From: Myxococcota bacterium
GTDB taxonomy: Bacteria; Myxococcota_A; SURF-8
Assembly (NCBI GenBank): GCA_965140415.1
Contig: OZ223209.1
Location: forward strand, 576,001-640,000
DNA: 64,000 bases
Direction of reading: 5' to 3'
A program made the translations under genes and the position numbers. This document shows positions 50,045-60,808 of the stretch, piece after piece (positions within the stretch are counted from its first letter, which is position 1; every line of letters starts with the position of its first letter). A model generated the notes under the pieces. It did not search any database, was not told where the DNA came from, and saw only the letters and a program-made list of their open reading frames with translations.

Positions 50045-50572
50045 CTAATCCCCTTCGAAGTCCACCAGCTTGAAGACCGGATAACCGGCCTGTTCCAGGC
50101 GTTTGGAGCCGCCGATGTCGGGCAGGTCGATCACGAAGCCGGCTTCCACTACCTTCGCATCCAGCTTTTCGCACAGGTGAATCGCTGCCAGCGCCGTGCC
50201 GCCGGTGGCCAGCAAGTCGTCGATCACCACCACCTTGTCGCCCGAATCGAGCGAATTGGTGTGGATTTCGATTTTGTCGGTGCCATATTCCAACTCGTAT
50301 TCTTCGCTGGTGGTCTCGGCAGGTAGTTTTCCTGGTTTACGCACTAAAACCAAGGGTTTAGACAATTCACGGGCGATCAGTGCGCCGAAGAGGAAGCCAC
50401 GCGACTCGATGGCCACCACTTTGTCGAAGCTCACTTCGCGATAATGCGCCATCAGCAGGTCAATCGCCTGGCTGAACCCTTCCGGATTTTCCAACAGGGT
50501 CGTAATATCACGGAATTGGATGCCCGGTTTGGGCCAATCGGGAACGGTTCGGATGTAGGATTTCAGATCCAT
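50045..50572 (-). CDS. apt: Adenine phosphoribosyltransferase
   Basis: PKPGIQFRDIT, ESRGF, RKPGKLP, LEYG, IDDLLATGGT. Confidence 0.98.
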   Translation of the reverse strand: MDLKSYIRTVPDWPKPGIQFRDITTLLENPEGFSQAIDLLMAHYREVSFDKVVAIESRGFLFGALIARELSKPLVLVRKPGKLPAETTSEEYELEYGTDKIEIHTNSLDSGDKVVVIDDLLATGGTALAAIHLCEKLDAKVVEAGFVIDLPDIGGSKRLEQAGYPVFKLVDFEGD

Positions 50573-50622
50573 GTTTGCTCTCCTGGAAAACGGTTGAACG
50601 GCTTTCTATAAGGGTAGTACCT

Positions 50623-51189
50623 TTAAACAATCAATTTCTGTAGCTTTTTAAAACTGGGGGTTCCGGCGCGCTCCAGCCACTGGAAGAATACCGCTTCGCT
50701 GGAAGTGACACAGGCTCCGGCGCCGTGCATGAGTTTCAGGCCCATTTCATGATTAAAGGGGTTGCGCGTGGCGCAGGCATCGGCCACTACGTGAACGTCA
50801 TACCCCAGTTCCAATAACCCCAAAGCCGTTTGGTAAACGCAGATATGCGTTTCCATGCCGGTCAACACGATCTGACGGCGACCGGCGGCAGCGATGGCCG
50901 ACTCGATTTCGGGAACTTCGGTCGCTGCGAAAACGACCTTGTCCAGCGTGGGCAGGTTCTGACAATGCTCGGCAATCACGGGAATCGTCGGACCGATACC
51001 TTTGGGGTATTGCTCCGTAACGATAGCCGGGATTTCAAGTTCCTTGGCCGCCTGCAATAAAATCGGAACGTTCGCCAGTAAATTGGACTGTCCCGCCTCG
51101 CTCATGGTGGCGAACAGTTTGTCTTGAATGTCGATTACCAGTAGTAGCGTGTCTTCGTGCGAAAGAAACTGCGCGTGTCGGTGCTCCAT
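50623..51189 (-). CDS. Isochorismatase family hydrolase
   Basis: IDIQDKL, TEQYPKGIGPT, GMETHICVYQT; AGGAG RBS before ATG 51189. Confidence 0.93.
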   Translation of the reverse strand: MEHRHAQFLSHEDTLLLVIDIQDKLFATMSEAGQSNLLANVPILLQAAKELEIPAIVTEQYPKGIGPTIPVIAEHCQNLPTLDKVVFAATEVPEIESAIAAAGRRQIVLTGMETHICVYQTALGLLELGYDVHVVADACATRNPFNHEMGLKLMHGAGACVTSSEAVFFQWLERAGTPSFKKLQKLIV

Positions 51190-51592
51190 CTTGCTCTCCT
51201 GAATCGTTACTTGTGGCGAAGTTGTATCACGGAGAAAGTGAATCGTCAATTCAAGGTTTGCGCCTAATGGCCGATAACGTAGAAGGAGTGGCTTGGATTC
51301 GCCGGCGGGGAATGGAAACCTGTGTTTTCGTTCAATCTGCGAACGCGGGGAATAATTTTACTCCGGGCAGCCCCTAAAATACACGGATAGAGAGTAGGGA
51401 TGATCGGTACGGGAGTGGTGATTCGGATGCAACAATCGTTCAAAACTGGATGAAAGTGCAAGCAATTCAATTGTTTGAATCGGGTTTTCAACCGGTTTGA
51501 TGTTTGAAAAGACAGTGTTAGCAATACTGAATATACTTGAAAAAGCAATGAGTTAGAGTCGGACCGATTGTCCGAATGGAATTAGAAAGTCG

Positions 51593-51621
51593 TTGACAGT
51601 TTACAGATGGGGCTTTAGGAT
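51593..51621 (+). promoter_or_regulatory. sigma70 promoter for pqqD-like gene
   Basis: TTGACA-17nt-TAGGAT; implies the start codon is ATG 51664 rather than 51622. Confidence 0.65.
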
Positions 51622-51663
51622 ATGGCAGTAGAGGAACTGAATGAGAATTGGAAATCAAGAGGG

Positions 51664-51954
51664 ATGAAATACCCCTATCGAAACGTGCGAGTGGCAACGC
51701 GAACGATCGAGGGAGAGGCGGTGGCCGTTTCCCCGGATGATTCTACCCTGCACAGCTTCAACCGCGTTGGCACGCTGATCTGGGAGATGGCAGATGGGCA
51801 AACAAGCATTGAGGCTATCGTTGATGGGGTGGTTTCCCGTTTTGAGGTAAACCGCGAGCAGGCGCTTGCGGATGTAGAAGCGTTTTGTGGCGAACTGGTC
51901 GAGAAAGAGATTCTCTTTTTAGCCGATGAGCCGCTTGAGGGTCGGGTAAGGTAG
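51664..51954 (+). CDS. PqqD family protein / stand-alone RiPP recognition element
   Basis: RTIEGEAVAV...HSFNRVGTLIWEMADGQTSIEAIV...RFEV...ADVEAFCGELVEKEIL is the PqqD (PF05402-type) pattern. Confidence 0.92.
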   Translation: MKYPYRNVRVATRTIEGEAVAVSPDDSTLHSFNRVGTLIWEMADGQTSIEAIVDGVVSRFEVNREQALADVEAFCGELVEKEILFLADEPLEGRVR

Positions 51955-52090
51955 AATAGTAGAGAACAGCGCGGGGCGTGGGAAGTCGTTGAAAGGCGAG
52001 GTGTAGAGCCGCCTTCGCGTTTTATTTTTGGTTTGGAAGATTTGGAAGAAATCGTTTCTTACCGGGCAATGGTTTGAAAAGGAGATCGTG

Positions 52091-55000
52091 ATGAAACAAC
52101 TTTCTTGGGTTCTACTTCTGGTTGTCGTATTCGGCTTCTGGGCGGTCGGTTGTGAAAGCAACGATACGCAGGATAACGACTATGACTTCGTCGGTGATGA
52201 TGACACCGAAGGCACCGACGGCGATGGGGAAACCGACGGTGACACCGATGGTGATGTCGACGGCGATACCGACGGTGATGTCGATGGTGACACCGATGGC
52301 GATGTCGATGGCGACACTGACGGTGATGTCGATGGTGACACCGACGGTGATGTCGACGGCGATACCGATGGCGACGTGGATGGCGATGGTGATCCGGATG
52401 TCGATGGCGACGTTGACGGTGATGTCGTCGAGCCGACGCTGGCGTTTGTGGTCGGCGGTGATCCCTGGGAAGTGACTTACGACGATGATGTCTCGGATGA
52501 TGCGGGTATGCAGCTCGACATCAACCTGACCAGCACGGATGTTGCAGAAGACACCGTGGTGCAACTCACTGTCAATAGCGGCGATCCCATCGACGGTACC
52601 GTGGATGCGGATGGTAACGTGAGTTTTGCAGCCGTGACCCTGGTAGCGGGTGCGAATACGCTTTCGGCGGTGGCCGATCCCGATGGCGAAGCCCTGCCGA
52701 CCGCCGAAGCGACGGTAACGTTGACCGGTTCGCGCATCGCGTTCGTCGAAGGTGGCGATCCCTGGGAAGTCAGCTACGATGACGATACCTCCGGTGATGC
52801 CGGTATGCAGGTCAATATTTCGCTGACCACCGACAACGTAGCCGAAAATACCGATGTGGTTCTGACCGTCGGTGAAGGCGACCCGCTTGGTCCGGTGATG
52901 GTGGATGCCGACGGCAATGTGCTGTTTGAAAACGTAACCCTGCTACCGGGCGATAACGCCCTGGCGGCAACTGTCGATCCGACCGGCGCGGCTTCTCCGA
53001 CTGCGGCGGCGACCATTACCCTGACCGGTTCGCGTCTGGCTTTTGTTGCCGGAAGCACTTGGACGGTTTCCTATGTAGATGATACTTCCGAAGCGGCGGG
53101 CTTGCAGATAGATGTCGAACTGCTGGCCGAAAACGTAGCGGAAAATACTTCGGTTGCTCTGGATGTAGATGGAACCGCTTTCGGTCCGGCGACTGTCGGT
53201 GCGGATGGCGCGATTCTCTTTGAAGATGTCACGGTGCTGCCGGGCGACAACGTCCTGCTTGCCACCGTCGATCCCGATGGTGCAGCCTCTCCAACGGCGA
53301 CTGCTACGGTCAGCGTTACCGGTTGCCGCCTGGCCTTTGCCGAGCCGCTCGATGAAGCTTCCTTTGCCGATGGCGGAAGCTGCTCGGTTGGCGATTGTGG
53401 CGACGATCTCGACTGTGTCGCGCCCAACCTGCAACGCAATGTCATCGTACAGGCCGAAAACGTAGCCGACGACGAGACGATCTCCCTCGTTGTGGCGGGA
53501 GCGGCTCCGATTACGGCGACCGTGCAGAGCGGACAGGCTCAGTTCGATATGGTGGGTCTGCCTCACGGCACCGAGGTTTCTTTAATGGCCGAAGCCGACA
53601 GCGCGACGCGCTCGACCTGTCAGGCCGAAATCGCTGTCGATGTGGATATTACCTGTGGATGTCATTTGGAACTTACGCCGGTTCCGGCGGATCTGAATCG
53701 CGCAGACGCCCTGGCGCTGGACAGCAATCTGGATGACGGCTTGCAGGTCACCTACGTGGCCACCAGCGACAACTGCGCTGATGGTTCTGCGGTTTCCTTT
53801 ACCTTTGATAGTGGCACGCCGGTGGATCTGGTTCTGACCAACGGCGAAGCCTCTGCCGAATTCACGCTCAGTGAAGACGTGCATACGTTGGAAGTCGGTA
53901 TCGACGACGGCGCGGGCCGTATTGGCCTTGCCGGACCTTATTCCTTCAGCGTCGATCTGACTCTGCCGGAATTCGGAACGATTACACCGGATGATGGAAC
54001 GGTTTACACGCGCGTGGAAGACAAGAATCAGGATCTGGGCGATGGCATCCAGTTCGATGTGAGCGGCCAGATTACCGGCGTTGAAGATCTCGATCCGCCG
54101 CTGGAGTTGACTTTGGCCATCAATGGTGAGGATTTCGCCAACACCGAGGTTTCAGGTGGCGCGTTCACCTTTACGGATGTCACCTTGACCGATCCCAATG
54201 TCCGCGCTCCGGCACCGGAAAACTTTACCCTGGAATTGCGCGCCACGGACGCACTGGGCAATCCTGCCAGCACCAGCTTCGGCGTTGTGGCCTATTTCGA
54301 TGAACCGAGCCTGACGATTCTGACCATCGGCGGCTATGCAGCCGATACGGCGGATCTGAAACTGAACATCTCCGACGATGCCAGCACCGGAACGGATCTG
54401 TTGCAGACCACGGTTGTCGTGCAAAGCCAACTGGTGCCGCTCACCTCCATGGAAGGACTGCGCATCAACGGTGGAGCAGGTGTTGCCGCTAATAGCGTAG
54501 TGGGCGACGATATCGAAGCCACCCTGACCTGGAACGTCGAACTGGATTACGGCGATTATACCTTCGAGGCGGCTTCCACGATTTTAAGTGGCTTGACCTC
54601 GGATATGGCCCAAGCCTGGGCGGATTGGGAAATTCCGACTCTTACCTTTAACAGCCCCACCGACGAAGAGTACAGCAGCCAGAACGTCATGGACGTGGAA
54701 ATCTACTCCGATGCTGAAATTGGTCAGGTTGTCACCTTGAACGTCAACGGTTCTCCCTGGTCGGGCGGCACTGTGGCGCTGAACGATTCGAATATCGCCC
54801 TGTTCCAGGATGTGGATATCAGCGAAAATGCGACGCGCACGACGGCGGATTACACGTTATCTGCCGATGTCGATGACTTTGCGGGCAACAGTGCTCTCAC
54901 TACGGGTGTAACGGTACACTTCGATTCCGATGCACCGACCGTTGCCGTGACCGTGCCGAACCCGCCAATCAATTACAACACCAATGTCACGGTAAACGCA

Positions 55001-58000
55001 GCTATCGCGGGCGAACCGAATGGCAGCCAGGCCACTTTCCGTCTGTACGAAGCGGCCAGCTACGTCGCGAATCCTGCGGACCCCTGCCCAGTGGCAGGCG
55101 CATTGCAAACCGATGTCGTCGCTCTGGCAAGTGGTAGTGCGACTCAGGCTTACGGTACCGCACAGAACCCGCTGTCCGATAACACCTATGCCGTCTGCGT
55201 TCGCTACACCGATATGGCGGGCAATCTTGGATGGGACGATAATACCTTCGAAGTGGACACCGGTTGCTTTACCTTCTCCATCGCCACCGACGATGGCAAG
55301 ACCGTGTACAACATCGCCGATGCTTTCGAAGGCAATACGGCTAACGGCGTACACACCACCATCAACGTAACCGCCAGCGGTTCGCGTCCGATTCTGGATG
55401 GACAGCAGGTTGTGTTGCGCGTCGATGGTTCTCTGGCGGGCTTCGCCACGATGAGCGGTGACCCGGCGGAAGCCAGCTTCCCGGTTACTCTGACCGAGGG
55501 AACGACTGAAATTCAAGTTTACTACGAGCCGCCGGTTGGCAGCAACTGCTACGGCACTCCCAATCCGCTGGCTTTGAAGGTGGACTTTACCTCTCCGGCT
55601 CTGACACTGAGCGCACCGTTTGCCTACGATCCTGCGGTGGCTCCGGCTCCGGCTACCTACAATTACAATGCCGCTTCCGTCGATGCGGTGGCAGGCGGCG
55701 ATTTCCAGACTCCCTTCACCATTCACTCGGATAACGCCGAAGAGGGCCAGACGGTTGCGTTGACCGTCTCCAACGGTCTGGGTCGGGTGGACAACTATTC
55801 GCAGGCGCTGGATGCCTCCGGCGATGCGGTGTTCCCGGAAGTCACCCTGTTCTACGAGGGTGGTGCGGCGACCAACGAAAGCGCCGTGCTGACGCTGAGT
55901 GCCACCGTTTCCGATGCGGCGGGTAATCCCAGCACGGCCCTGGAATTTACCACCCAGGTGGATCGCTCCGTGCCGAGCTTTACCAGCATTACCGCCGGTC
56001 CTTCAAGCAAGGCTCCGGGTTCTACTCTGAATTCCAGCGACGACGACAACCAGGCGATCGCAGGATTCCAGTTGAGAATCCGCGCCAATGTTGAAGGCGG
56101 TACTGTTGGCCAGAATGTGACGGCCTCCTACCGCGTGGTCGGCGATACGACGTATACGACCATCGGTGATTTCGCCGTCCAGGGTACGCCGGGAAATCGT
56201 TATTTCACGATGAGCGGCACCTTCAACGAAGGCGAGTACGAATTCCGCTTCGTCCACACCGATTCGTTCGGCAACACCGGCGAATTGTCTCCCCCGGCTT
56301 ATTACAAGCTGGACTTCGTGGCTGGTATCGTCCTTTCGGACACCAATGGCGACCGCCTGCCGACCGACGATGTCGCGGGACCGTTTGCCTACGAATGGAA
56401 CGTCAACTACGATCAGAACCCGGGTTCTGCCGGTTTCCAGGCTTATTTCGATGCCACCACAAACGGATTCGATCTCGGAGCCACGGTGTACATCTGTAGC
56501 AATGTCGGTCTGCATGCGGGTAACGGCGGACTGTCCACCTGTACCCACGATCCCGATGGTGTAGGCGGCGATACGTTCTACCGCGTTGCCAGTGCGACCG
56601 TCGTTCAGGGTCTGGGCGACACCGGTCTGGCGACTTTCTCCGTGAACCTGGTAGACGAAGCCGATCATATCGTCTTTACAGAAGGCTCCGACAACGTCGG
56701 CAACTTTGCGCATTCAACCCCGGTGACGATCACCATGGATTCCGTCGCTCCGACCGTTTCCTCGCTGGTCTTCCCGGACAACAGCACCGGCAACGATGAT
56801 ACCGTCAACAACGTGCTGCGCATGAACACGACGGAAGGAACGGTAGACGGTTCGAACCTGACCTTCGACGTCACCGTCAATGTCAGCGGTTCCGATGCGG
56901 ATTACGTCAACCTCTATCACAGCAACAGCAACACCTTCCTGGCCGGTCCGGTAGCCGTTTCCGGCGGTCAGGCGGTCTTCACCGATGTGGTGCGGCCGAA
57001 CGGCTTCGATGCACGCATCAAGGCCCAGGTCGTCGATCAGCTCGGCAACCTCTCCAGCTTGACCGCTACGGCGGCCTTGCAGAAGATCCGCGTGGACTTG
57101 ATCGGTCCGGCGGCCAGCTTCGAAGGCGGTCCCGGCCAGATTCAACTGGTTGTGGGCGCATGCGGCGGCAACGACGGACAGAGCCGCTGTCTTGCCTCTG
57201 TACAGATCAACGTGGATGTCAATGCCAACGAAGCCTTCAGCTTGGAAGGCGGCACCGTGACCTTAAGTGGCCCCGATAGCAAGGTTTCCGTCCAGCAGAC
57301 GATTCCGAGCTACAGCTCTACTCCGGTCCCGGTTGAATTCACGGACTTCCCGATTCCGCAGGGCACACAGACCCTGTCGGTTACGGTTAGCGATCTGGCG
57401 GCCAACTCGGTCACCGAAACCAATGAATTCTATGTTGACTCGGTGGTTCCGACTCTGGCGATTGCCACTCCTTCGGCAGATGGCAGCTATGCCGATGCCG
57501 ACAACGACGACACCACCTGCGGCGACGGCGGCGGCTTGAGCGACTTGCTGCTGCGGCGTTGCGACTGGCAGGTGTCCGCCACCGGCATCGACGGCCAGAC
57601 GGAAATCGAGCTGCAATGGCGCCAGCAAGGCGACACCAGCTTCCAGACTTTCCCGAGCGCAAGCAGCCAGACCATCAGTTCCAACAATACTGCGGTCGGC
57701 TTCAACCCGTTGGACTTCCCGCGCGGCACGATTGAAGTGCGGGCCTTCGCCACTGAAACCGCTTCGGGTAACACCGCAACAAGCGCCCTGCGCACGATGG
57801 CGGTGGCGTTCAATCCGGGTGACGTGTTGCAGGTGGAAAAAGTTTCCGTTGGCGATGGCGTGCCCGATACCGGCGATGAAATGGCCAGCGGTACGACCTT
57901 TAAAGCCGGTGAAGATCAGAACGGTGGCGCGCCCTTCGGCGTGAACATCCAACTGGTCACCAACGGTTTCGACGGCCTGACTCCGACCCTCACGGTCAAT

Positions 58001-60661
58001 GGCTCGGCGGTTTCCACCACGCTCTCGCCCACCAGTGGCGTGATTACCAGCGGCAAGGTGGTGTACAACAATGTCAGCCTGAATGAAGCTCCGGCCACCA
58101 ACGTCATCGCAGCTACCGTCAACGACGGTCTGGGCGGAACGGCGAGTGTGAGCCTGACCAACATCGTGGCCGATAGTTCGGCCCCGGTTATCACCTTTAC
58201 GCGACCCACACCGGGTAGCACGACCTATTACAACATCACGCACGATAACGGTGCGGAGCATAACGGTCAGATGGATCTGAAGACCGCCTACGACATTCAG
58301 ATCGAGTCGGACGACACCACGGTTGCCGGACGCACGGCTACCTTGACTGCGACCGACGGTACGAGCGCGGTGGCCTTGTTCGGTACCGCGACCGCGACCT
58401 TCCCGAGTTCCTGCACCACGACCTGCTCATTGACATTCAGCAGTGTTATTCTGCCTACCACCAACAGCCTGCCCAACGGCTGGCTCGAACTGGGTGTAAC
58501 GGTCAGTGATGCCGCTGGCAATGATGCCAGCGTCGCACAGGTGCCGCGTATCGTGGCCGACGACGACAAACCGGCGGATGCCACGGCATTGGAAGTCTGT
58601 CTGGGTAGCAACACCACCACCGCTGGTGGAGACGATGCCTACCGCAAGGACAGTGCTAACTGTGTTGAAAGCTATGCCTGCGATAACGACGACGATCGCT
58701 GCGACCGTCATGCCGGTAATGCGACGATGGTTTGGACCGCTCCTGCCGCCGACGGCTTTGCCGGAACCGGTACGGTAACGGCATACACGGTGGAATACGA
58801 AACCTTCACCGACGAGGCCGATCCTTGCAGCCAGTGGGGAACCGGTGATACTCATGCGGCGGTAACGGTAACGGTAGATGCCATCGTCGCTCCGACCGAG
58901 AAGCAGGGCGCCGTGGTGGCAAGCCTGCCGATCAATACCAACACTAGCACCTGCTTCCGCGTGCAGGCCCAGGATGCGGCTGGCAACACCAGCGACTGGG
59001 TATACAGCGGACGTGAAACCGCCTACGCCAAGACGCAGATCGCCACCGATCTGGGTGGTTCGGATCGCAGCGCCAGCGGCTTCGGCTTCTTCGCCGAATG
59101 GGGCGATTTCAACGGTGACGGCTGCTACGATGTCGCCACCAACGACGCCTACTTCGTAACCGGTGGCGGCGCTGCGGGTGCGGTGTGGGTCATTTACGGC
59201 GACGACGGTGATAGCTGTACGCCGCTGGCCGACTGGGCCGTCTATGGTCGCTATAAGCCGAGTTGGGGCCTGGGCGACACGCTGGGCTACTCCTTCGCGG
59301 TAGGCGACTTGAACGGCGATGACATCGACGATCTCGCCATCGGTGCGGAATCCTACAACTTCTACGATGGCCGGGCGTACATCTACTTCGGTAGCACTTC
59401 CGGTCTGTCCACCACCGCTTCCAGCTACATCGAAGAGTGTGGCGAAGCAGGTCTAAGCTGTCCTGCCAACACGCATTGCGATTTGTGCGGCTGTGTACCG
59501 GATGCCGGAGTCGCCAATTGTGGTAACGGCAGCGCCGATTCCGGCGAGGAATGCGGTGAGCCGGGCTTGAGCTGCGGTGGCGGCCAGGTCTGCTCCGACG
59601 CCTGTATCTGTATCCCCGACTATCGCAACTGCGGCGATACCGAAGTGGACGCTTATGAACCGACGATCGAACCGGATGTCACCATTTCCGCGGGTCTGTG
59701 GACCGGCGGTGCGGTTGGCACCCACCTGGAAATCCTGAATTGGAACGGTGCGGAATCCGGCCAGGTTTACGCGGATCTGTTCATTTCCACGCAGTGGTAC
59801 TCCGCAGCCGACGGCCCGATCTACGGCTTCCTGGGTCGTGGCGTATGGGGTAATTGGTACGACGCCGGTACGGATGAAGACCTGACGGTTCTGCGTCAGG
59901 CGGGTTCCACCGGGTTCTATGGTTCCGGTGAAGGCAACGCCCCGAACTTCGGATGGTTCATGAGTCATGCCGATGTCAACAACGACGGCTACGACGAGTT
60001 GATCATCTCCGATATCGACCACCAGGAAAGCGATGGCGCAGGTGGTACGCGCACGCTGGATCGTGCCTGGTTGCTGTGGGGTAACTCGGCAACTTCCGGT
60101 GTGTTGCAACCGGTGGCAGATGCGGATTGGGCCAACCCCGAGCCGCGTCAATCCGATCCTTATTTCTTCGAGATTCCGGCTACCGACGCCAACGAAGCCG
60201 GTAACTTCGGCTTCTATGTGGCGGGTGTGTTAGACACCAACAACGACGGTCTCGACGAAGTGCTGGTTCGCAAGAACACGCAGAACAAGCTGCTCTATTA
60301 CAAGTCCAGCACGGCCAGCCCCAATGTGGTGACCGAGCAGAGCTGGTCCTTTATCCACGACAGCGATACCTATTTCGGCTTGGAGCCGGGTACCGCCATG
60401 GATATGAACCACGACGGATACAACGATGTCGTGGTTGGCGGCACCGGCCTGGTGCGCCTGTTCTGGGGTCAGACTCCCTACGGGATTGTGGATAACACCG
60501 AAAATCCCGGCGATCCGGAGAACGACTACATCGATCTGGCCAACCTGCCTGCCAGCCCCAGTGTCTTGCAGGCGATGGGTGGTGGCGACTTCAACAGCGA
60601 TGGTTACTATGACCTGGTGGTCATCAACCGTACCAGTGGAAATATTTTCCTGATCTGGTAA
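52091..60661 (+). CDS. Giant (2856 aa) surface lipoprotein: DGD spacer, tandem Ig-like domains, FN3-like domain, FG-GAP propeller with Cys-rich insert
   Basis: AAGGAG RBS, lipobox AVGC; DxAGN-ending Big-type repeats; GDFNGDGCYD, GDLNGDDIDDLAIGA, DVNNDGYDE, DMNHDGYND, GDFNSDGYYD FG-GAP motifs. Confidence 0.9.
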   Translation: MKQLSWVLLLVVVFGFWAVGCESNDTQDNDYDFVGDDDTEGTDGDGETDGDTDGDVDGDTDGDVDGDTDGDVDGDTDGDVDGDTDGDVDGDTDGDVDGDGDPDVDGDVDGDVVEPTLAFVVGGDPWEVTYDDDVSDDAGMQLDINLTSTDVAEDTVVQLTVNSGDPIDGTVDADGNVSFAAVTLVAGANTLSAVADPDGEALPTAEATVTLTGSRIAFVEGGDPWEVSYDDDTSGDAGMQVNISLTTDNVAENTDVVLTVGEGDPLGPVMVDADGNVLFENVTLLPGDNALAATVDPTGAASPTAAATITLTGSRLAFVAGSTWTVSYVDDTSEAAGLQIDVELLAENVAENTSVALDVDGTAFGPATVGADGAILFEDVTVLPGDNVLLATVDPDGAASPTATATVSVTGCRLAFAEPLDEASFADGGSCSVGDCGDDLDCVAPNLQRNVIVQAENVADDETISLVVAGAAPITATVQSGQAQFDMVGLPHGTEVSLMAEADSATRSTCQAEIAVDVDITCGCHLELTPVPADLNRADALALDSNLDDGLQVTYVATSDNCADGSAVSFTFDSGTPVDLVLTNGEASAEFTLSEDVHTLEVGIDDGAGRIGLAGPYSFSVDLTLPEFGTITPDDGTVYTRVEDKNQDLGDGIQFDVSGQITGVEDLDPPLELTLAINGEDFANTEVSGGAFTFTDVTLTDPNVRAPAPENFTLELRATDALGNPASTSFGVVAYFDEPSLTILTIGGYAADTADLKLNISDDASTGTDLLQTTVVVQSQLVPLTSMEGLRINGGAGVAANSVVGDDIEATLTWNVELDYGDYTFEAASTILSGLTSDMAQAWADWEIPTLTFNSPTDEEYSSQNVMDVEIYSDAEIGQVVTLNVNGSPWSGGTVALNDSNIALFQDVDISENATRTTADYTLSADVDDFAGNSALTTGVTVHFDSDAPTVAVTVPNPPINYNTNVTVNAAIAGEPNGSQATFRLYEAASYVANPADPCPVAGALQTDVVALASGSATQAYGTAQNPLSDNTYAVCVRYTDMAGNLGWDDNTFEVDTGCFTFSIATDDGKTVYNIADAFEGNTANGVHTTINVTASGSRPILDGQQVVLRVDGSLAGFATMSGDPAEASFPVTLTEGTTEIQVYYEPPVGSNCYGTPNPLALKVDFTSPALTLSAPFAYDPAVAPAPATYNYNAASVDAVAGGDFQTPFTIHSDNAEEGQTVALTVSNGLGRVDNYSQALDASGDAVFPEVTLFYEGGAATNESAVLTLSATVSDAAGNPSTALEFTTQVDRSVPSFTSITAGPSSKAPGSTLNSSDDDNQAIAGFQLRIRANVEGGTVGQNVTASYRVVGDTTYTTIGDFAVQGTPGNRYFTMSGTFNEGEYEFRFVHTDSFGNTGELSPPAYYKLDFVAGIVLSDTNGDRLPTDDVAGPFAYEWNVNYDQNPGSAGFQAYFDATTNGFDLGATVYICSNVGLHAGNGGLSTCTHDPDGVGGDTFYRVASATVVQGLGDTGLATFSVNLVDEADHIVFTEGSDNVGNFAHSTPVTITMDSVAPTVSSLVFPDNSTGNDDTVNNVLRMNTTEGTVDGSNLTFDVTVNVSGSDADYVNLYHSNSNTFLAGPVAVSGGQAVFTDVVRPNGFDARIKAQVVDQLGNLSSLTATAALQKIRVDLIGPAASFEGGPGQIQLVVGACGGNDGQSRCLASVQINVDVNANEAFSLEGGTVTLSGPDSKVSVQQTIPSYSSTPVPVEFTDFPIPQGTQTLSVTVSDLAANSVTETNEFYVDSVVPTLAIATPSADGSYADADNDDTTCGDGGGLSDLLLRRCDWQVSATGIDGQTEIELQWRQQGDTSFQTFPSASSQTISSNNTAVGFNPLDFPRGTIEVRAFATETASGNTATSALRTMAVAFNPGDVLQVEKVSVGDGVPDTGDEMASGTTFKAGEDQNGGAPFGVNIQLVTNGFDGLTPTLTVNGSAVSTTLSPTSGVITSGKVVYNNVSLNEAPATNVIAATVNDGLGGTASVSLTNIVADSSAPVITFTRPTPGSTTYYNITHDNGAEHNGQMDLKTAYDIQIESDDTTVAGRTATLTATDGTSAVALFGTATATFPSSCTTTCSLTFSSVILPTTNSLPNGWLELGVTVSDAAGNDASVAQVPRIVADDDKPADATALEVCLGSNTTTAGGDDAYRKDSANCVESYACDNDDDRCDRHAGNATMVWTAPAADGFAGTGTVTAYTVEYETFTDEADPCSQWGTGDTHAAVTVTVDAIVAPTEKQGAVVASLPINTNTSTCFRVQAQDAAGNTSDWVYSGRETAYAKTQIATDLGGSDRSASGFGFFAEWGDFNGDGCYDVATNDAYFVTGGGAAGAVWVIYGDDGDSCTPLADWAVYGRYKPSWGLGDTLGYSFAVGDLNGDDIDDLAIGAESYNFYDGRAYIYFGSTSGLSTTASSYIEECGEAGLSCPANTHCDLCGCVPDAGVANCGNGSADSGEECGEPGLSCGGGQVCSDACICIPDYRNCGDTEVDAYEPTIEPDVTISAGLWTGGAVGTHLEILNWNGAESGQVYADLFISTQWYSAADGPIYGFLGRGVWGNWYDAGTDEDLTVLRQAGSTGFYGSGEGNAPNFGWFMSHADVNNDGYDELIISDIDHQESDGAGGTRTLDRAWLLWGNSATSGVLQPVADADWANPEPRQSDPYFFEIPATDANEAGNFGFYVAGVLDTNNDGLDEVLVRKNTQNKLLYYKSSTASPNVVTEQSWSFIHDSDTYFGLEPGTAMDMNHDGYNDVVVGGTGLVRLFWGQTPYGIVDNTENPGDPENDYIDLANLPASPSVLQAMGGGDFNSDGYYDLVVINRTSGNIFLIW
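52195..52425 (+). repeat. Coding tandem repeat (DGDT/DGDV)n
   Basis: 12-nt units GAYGGYGAYRYB with synonymous variation, 24-nt higher-order period. Confidence 0.9.
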
Positions 60662-60674
60662 TCGGATGCTTGTC

Positions 60675-60715
60675 AAAGTCGGGAGTCCTTTTTTACAGGG
60701 CTCCCGACTTTTTTT
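60675..60715 (+). terminator. Rho-independent terminator
   Basis: AAAGTCGGGAG...CTCCCGACTTT followed by T run. Confidence 0.88.
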
Positions 60716-60722
60716 GATTTCC

Positions 60723-60751
60723 TTGACAGTAGCGAACAACAAATTTAACAT
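60723..60751 (+). promoter_or_regulatory. sigma70 promoter for peptide-kinase operon
   Basis: TTGACA-17nt-TAACAT. Confidence 0.7.
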
Positions 60752-60808
60752 AACGTGGTTCGGAGCATATCGCGAAAGCAACAAGCGGTTTCCAAAGGAA
60801 GAGGTTCC

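Noticed and set aside
52195-52425. Regular short repeats resembling a CRISPR array
   Set aside because: No unique spacers; in-frame coding repeat with wobble variation; no cas genes
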